DNA of 64,000 nucleotides from Bacilli bacterium (GTDB lineage Bacteria; Bacillota_I; Bacilli_A; RFN20; CAG-826): NCBI GenBank assembly GCA_045601085.1, contig JAZRZD010000002.1, positions 6,106 to 70,105 of the forward strand, read 5' to 3'. Shown piece by piece: positions 60,178 to 64,000 of this stretch (position 1 is its first letter; each line of letters starts with the position of its first letter). The notes under the pieces were generated by a model. It saw only the letters and a program-made list of their open reading frames with translations, ran no database searches and was not told where the DNA came from. The position numbers and the translations under genes were made by a program.

Positions 60178-61523
60178 TGTGGGAAGTTCATTCCACCCAT
60201 ATTTGTTGGGAGTTTCCCACTTTTTTTGTATTGTCCCATTTGTTTCATTACTTCTTTAGTTTGATCGTATTTCTTTAAAACACGATTAACATCTGCGACG
60301 GTTTTACCACAACCATTGGCAACTCTAATCTTTCTAGAATATTTAAAGATTTCTGGATTACATCTTTCTTCCGGAGTCATAGAGTTGATAATTACCTCAA
60401 AATTACGCATTTCTTTTTCTGCGGCAGCAGTTTGTTCAGGTGTAATTTTAGGCATTCCTGGAATAAGTTTAATCAATCCACCTAAAGAGCCAAGTTTTTG
60501 TACTTGTTTCATTTGAGCAAGTAAATCATTAAGGTCAAACTTACCTGACATCATTTTATTTACTGACTTTTTAGCTTCTTTTTCATCCATTTCTTCTTGG
60601 GCTTTTTCCACTAAAGTCATAACATCGCCCATACCTAAAATACGATCCGCCATACGGTCAGGATGGAAGATATCTAAATCAGTAATTTTTTCGCCAATAC
60701 CTGAGAATTTAATAGGAATTCCAGTTAAATGTTTAATAGATAAAGCGGCACCACCTCTAGCATCACCATCAAGTTTTGACATGACAATACCAGACAATTT
60801 AACTTTCTCATTAAATGTGTTTGCAACATTAACAGCATCTTGTCCAGCCATAGCATCTACTAAAAGTAGGGTTTCATTAGGATTAACAGCGGCTTGAATA
60901 TCATTTAGCTCAGTCATTAATTGTTCATCAATTTGTAAACGACCAGCAGTATCAATAATTAAAACATCATAGCCATCATATTTAGCGGTTTCTAAGGCTT
61001 TTTTAGAAATTTCAACAGGTGAAACATCAGTGCCCATATTGATAAGCTTTACATCAATTGAATTTGCAATTGTTTGTAATTGATCGATAGCAGCAGGGCG
61101 ATAAACGTCACAAGCGGCAAGAAGAACTTTTTTATGTTGTTTATTTTTAAATAAGTTCGCTAACTTACCAGCGGTTGTGGTTTTACCACTACCTTGTAAA
61201 CCAACAAGTAATATAACTGTTGTGCCATTTTTATTTATGTTGAGCTCGCTATCGCCACTTCCAAGTAAAGTTTCAAGTTCATCATGAACAATCTTAACCA
61301 CCATTTGAGATGGATTAAGTTTAGATAAAACATCTTGGCCAATAGCTTTTTCTTTAACGCTATTAGTGAATTCTTTTACTACTTTATAGTTAACGTCAGC
61401 TTCAAGTAAGGCAATGCGTATTTCTTTAAGCATTTCCTCCATGTTGGCTTCGGTAAGTCTAGCTTGTCCACGTAATTTTTTGAAGATATTAGAAAACTTA
61501 TCAGTTAATGATTCAAATGCCAT
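60174..61523 (-). CDS. ffh: Signal recognition particle protein Ffh
   Basis: GLQGSGKTT, DTAGR, DGDARGG, M-domain. Confidence 0.97.
   Translation of the reverse strand: MAFESLTDKFSNIFKKLRGQARLTEANMEEMLKEIRIALLEADVNYKVVKEFTNSVKEKAIGQDVLSKLNPSQMVVKIVHDELETLLGSGDSELNINKNGTTVILLVGLQGSGKTTTAGKLANLFKNKQHKKVLLAACDVYRPAAIDQLQTIANSIDVKLINMGTDVSPVEISKKALETAKYDGYDVLIIDTAGRLQIDEQLMTELNDIQAAVNPNETLLLVDAMAGQDAVNVANTFNEKVKLSGIVMSKLDGDARGGAALSIKHLTGIPIKFSGIGEKITDLDIFHPDRMADRILGMGDVMTLVEKAQEEMDEKEAKKSVNKMMSGKFDLNDLLAQMKQVQKLGSLGGLIKLIPGMPKITPEQTAAAEKEMRNFEVIINSMTPEERCNPEIFKYSRKIRVANGCGKTVADVNRVLKKYDQTKEVMKQMGQYKKSGKLPTNMGGMNFPH
60179..60227 (+). terminator. Probable terminator of the inverted rpsP-trmD block, inside the antisense ffh 3' end
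   Basis: GTGGGAA...TTCCCAC stem followed by T7. Confidence 0.45.
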
Positions 61524-61848
61524 TTTTTATAATCCTTTCTATCTCTTCAATATTGGTAAGATCTTTCATAGAAACTGCAAAATCTTTGAGTTCTGCACAC
61601 TTTTTTAATAATTTATCGTACTTTTCAAGAAGGTGAAGTTTGTTTTCTAATTCATCTAATTTTGCTTCGCCTTTTTTAAGTGCATCGTCAACAGCGGCGC
61701 GTGAAATTGACTTATCTTCTGCAATTTCAGAAAGAGATAAATCATAGTTATAATATTCATCTAAAACAGTGTTTTGTGTATCAGAAAGTAGTTCATGATA
61801 AATCGCAAATAATGATGAATAATGTAGTTTCTTACTTAATGCGTCCAT
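61513..61848 (-). CDS. ylxM: YlxM/p13 regulator
   Basis: YYNYDLSLSEIAE...SRAAV; between ftsY and ffh. Confidence 0.85.
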   Translation of the reverse strand: MDALSKKLHYSSLFAIYHELLSDTQNTVLDEYYNYDLSLSEIAEDKSISRAAVDDALKKGEAKLDELENKLHLLEKYDKLLKKCAELKDFAVSMKDLTNIEEIERIIKNGI

Positions 61849-61849
61849 A

Positions 61850-62821
61850 CTATTCTCCAACACAAAGTCCATATAAATATTTATCAAGATCAAACTCTTG
61901 TAAATCTTCCATCTTTTCGCCTAATCCAATGAAACGAACTGGTACACCAAGTTCATCTCTAATCGCTAAGATTATTCCACCTTTACTGGTACCATCCATT
62001 TTAGTAATAACTACACCGGTAAGATTAGTGACTTCCGCAAATGATTTTGCTTGTATAACCCCATTTTGTCCAGTTGTTGCATCAATAATTAAGAAAGTTT
62101 CTTGTGGGGCGCCTTCTATTTCTTTAGAAATAACTCTTTTAATTTTAGATAGTTCATCCATTAAATTTTGTTTGGTTTGAAGTCTTCCTGCGGTATCCAC
62201 AATGACTAAATCCACACCATCGGCTTTAGCCTTCTTAATTCCATCATAAGCAACTGATGCAGGATCAGCATTTTCTCCTCCAAAAACAATGTTAATATTT
62301 AATCTTTTTGCCCATATAGAAAGTTGCTCAACAGCACCAGCTCTAAAAGTATCTGCAGCAACTAACATTACTTTTTTACCTTTATCTATATATCTTTTTG
62401 CTAATTTAGCAATTGTTGTAGTTTTTCCAACTCCATTGACTCCAACAACTAATAAAACAGTAGGAGTTCCTTCATTAAATGAGAGTTCTGTTTGAATATC
62501 GCCTTTATTAGCGTAACCCATGAACATTTTATCCACTAAAAGCTCATTAATTTCTTTTGGTTCAGTTATCTTATTCTTACGAGATTCTTCCAAAACCTCT
62601 TCGATAATATTCAAAGCAAAAGAAACACCAACATCTGATTCAATAAGAATCTCTTCTAATTCATCAAAATATGTTTGGTTAACATTTTTATAACGTTCAG
62701 CTAAGTTAGTAAGTTTATTAGAAAAGTTTTTGCGTGATTTTTCTAATCCTTCATTATATGAATCAACGCTTTTATCTTCTTTTTTGGCAAACTTATTCTT
62801 AAGAAACGAAATTAAACCCAT
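61850..62821 (-). CDS. ftsY: SRP receptor FtsY
   Basis: GVNGVGKTTT, DTFRAGA, DTAGRL, DGTSKGG. Confidence 0.97.
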   Translation of the reverse strand: MGLISFLKNKFAKKEDKSVDSYNEGLEKSRKNFSNKLTNLAERYKNVNQTYFDELEEILIESDVGVSFALNIIEEVLEESRKNKITEPKEINELLVDKMFMGYANKGDIQTELSFNEGTPTVLLVVGVNGVGKTTTIAKLAKRYIDKGKKVMLVAADTFRAGAVEQLSIWAKRLNINIVFGGENADPASVAYDGIKKAKADGVDLVIVDTAGRLQTKQNLMDELSKIKRVISKEIEGAPQETFLIIDATTGQNGVIQAKSFAEVTNLTGVVITKMDGTSKGGIILAIRDELGVPVRFIGLGEKMEDLQEFDLDKYLYGLCVGE

Positions 62822-63501
62822 TAGATTCTCCTTTTCTTAAGAGCATTTTGTGCAGCATCTTCTTCTGCTGCTTTTTTACTTTTTCCTACTCCTGAAGCAA
62901 GCACAATATCATTAAACATAACATTTACTTTGAATGTTTTATCGTGGCTTGGGCCAGAGGATTCTATTAATTCATAATGAACACTGCTACGATGCTCGGC
63001 TTGCATCTCTTCTTGAAGTTTAGTTTTTGCATCTGTTAAATCATCAACATTAGCATTTTTAATATCTCTATAAATAAAACTTTTTACATAACGATAAGCA
63101 ACATTAATGCCATTATCTAAATAAATAGCACCCACTAAAGATTCAAAGACATTTTCTAAAATATGGTCGCTTTGTAATAGAATTTCAGGTTTTATTGCCT
63201 TTCCTGTAATAATTAAAGTTTCTAATTTAGACTTTCTAGCGTAGTTTGCTAAAGATTCGGTTCTAACTAATCTACTTCTAAGTTTTGACATGTCTCCTGG
63301 AGTCATATCTTGATGATTTTTAAAAATTAAATCAGCAGAGACATATCCAATAACTGCATCACCCATATATTCAAGTCTTTCATAATCTTGATGCTTTGTG
63401 TTAGCGTCTTGATTATAAGAAGGGTGCGTTAAAGCAGTATCATAAACTTGACGATTATGAATTCTAAAATGATGAATCTTTGCAAATTCTTCTAGAGTCA
63501 T
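62821..63501 (-). CDS. rnc: Ribonuclease III
   Basis: ALTHPSY, ERLEYMGDA, dsRBD. Confidence 0.95.
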   Translation of the reverse strand: MTLEEFAKIHHFRIHNRQVYDTALTHPSYNQDANTKHQDYERLEYMGDAVIGYVSADLIFKNHQDMTPGDMSKLRSRLVRTESLANYARKSKLETLIITGKAIKPEILLQSDHILENVFESLVGAIYLDNGINVAYRYVKSFIYRDIKNANVDDLTDAKTKLQEEMQAEHRSSVHYELIESSGPSHDKTFKVNVMFNDIVLASGVGKSKKAAEEDAAQNALKKRRI

Positions 63502-64000
63502 TATTTACTATTTTCCTCAACACCTTTTTTAATTGCTTCAACAATGTTATGTTCTGCTAAGCCTTTAGCAACATACATAGCGTTTTTGAAACAATATGCA
63601 TCCGCATTACCATGTGCCTTAATGACAATACCGTTAAGACCAACCATGAATGCGCCACCAGTAGATTTATAATTCATTCTAGTGGTCATATCTTTAATAC
63701 CTTTTTTAACGTGTAAATAGCCAAGTTTTGTCCATAAATTCTTGGTAAATGCTTCTTTCATCATCTTACCCATTGCTTTAGCGGTTCCTTCAACACATTT
63801 TAAGAAAACGTTACCGGTAAAGCCATCTAAGACGACTACGTCGTTTTCTCCAAATAAGACAGTTCTTGCTTCAATATTACCTTGGTAATTTGGGAAATTA
63901 GATTCTTTAAGAAGTTTATGAGCTTCTTGGGTTAATGGAGAACCTTTTTTATCTTCAGTACCATTAGCCATTAAAGCAACTTTTGGTTCTTTAATTCCAT
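63501..64000 (-). CDS. plsX: Phosphate acyltransferase PlsX (5' part outside window)
   Basis: DGFTGNVFLK, GLNGIVIKAHG. Confidence 0.9.
   Translation of the reverse strand, partial: GIKEPKVALMANGTEDKKGSPLTQEAHKLLKESNFPNYQGNIEARTVLFGENDVVVLDGFTGNVFLKCVEGTAKAMGKMMKEAFTKNLWTKLGYLHVKKGIKDMTTRMNYKSTGGAFMVGLNGIVIKAHGNADAYCFKNAMYVAKGLAEHNIVEAIKKGVEENSK

Noticed and set aside
12594-62495. Many 60-170 aa ORFs antisense to or nested in core genes
   Set aside because: No RBS or motifs; expected shadows of AT-rich coding DNA.

Overview
Low-GC (about 30% by eye), genetic-code-11 chromosome segment from a genome-reduced Bacilli-like firmicute; the taxonomy is inference only. Left end (1-~6480): right part of an inovirus-like prophage (membrane proteins, Zot/pI-like ATPase with N-terminal TM helices, Rep_trans initiator, XRE regulator) ending beside tRNA-Glu. 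Between gltX and tRNA-Gly (8330-9710): an unannotated array of type I toxin-antitoxin-like modules (five promoter/sRNA units, three antisense hydrophobic peptide genes with leader uORFs). 9.9-17.4 kb: housekeeping (cdaA-glmM-SIS-only glmS, Nudix, NERD, deoD). 17.8-32.2 kb: tRNA-anchored accessory region holding two inverted paralogous cassettes of architecture [XRE-HTH + ImmA/IrrE peptidase] - conserved double-hairpin leader - DUF4417 - polymorphic toxin with shared MKGxSPLF N-terminus - cognate immunity-like gene. The cassettes flank a lipoprotein esterase, an HgaI-like type IIS R-M system and tRNA-Arg. This DUF4417/toxin/immunity cassette is the best candidate for an undescribed system. 32.3-64 kb: core genes (tRNAs, guaB, polC, rseP-dxr-cdsA-uppS-frr-pyrH-tsf-rpsB, xerC-topA-dprA-rnhB-rbgA-lepB-rplS, an inverted rpsP-khpA-rimM-trmD block, ffh-ylxM-ftsY-rnc-plsX). 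All family calls come from recognising motifs by eye; no database searches were run.
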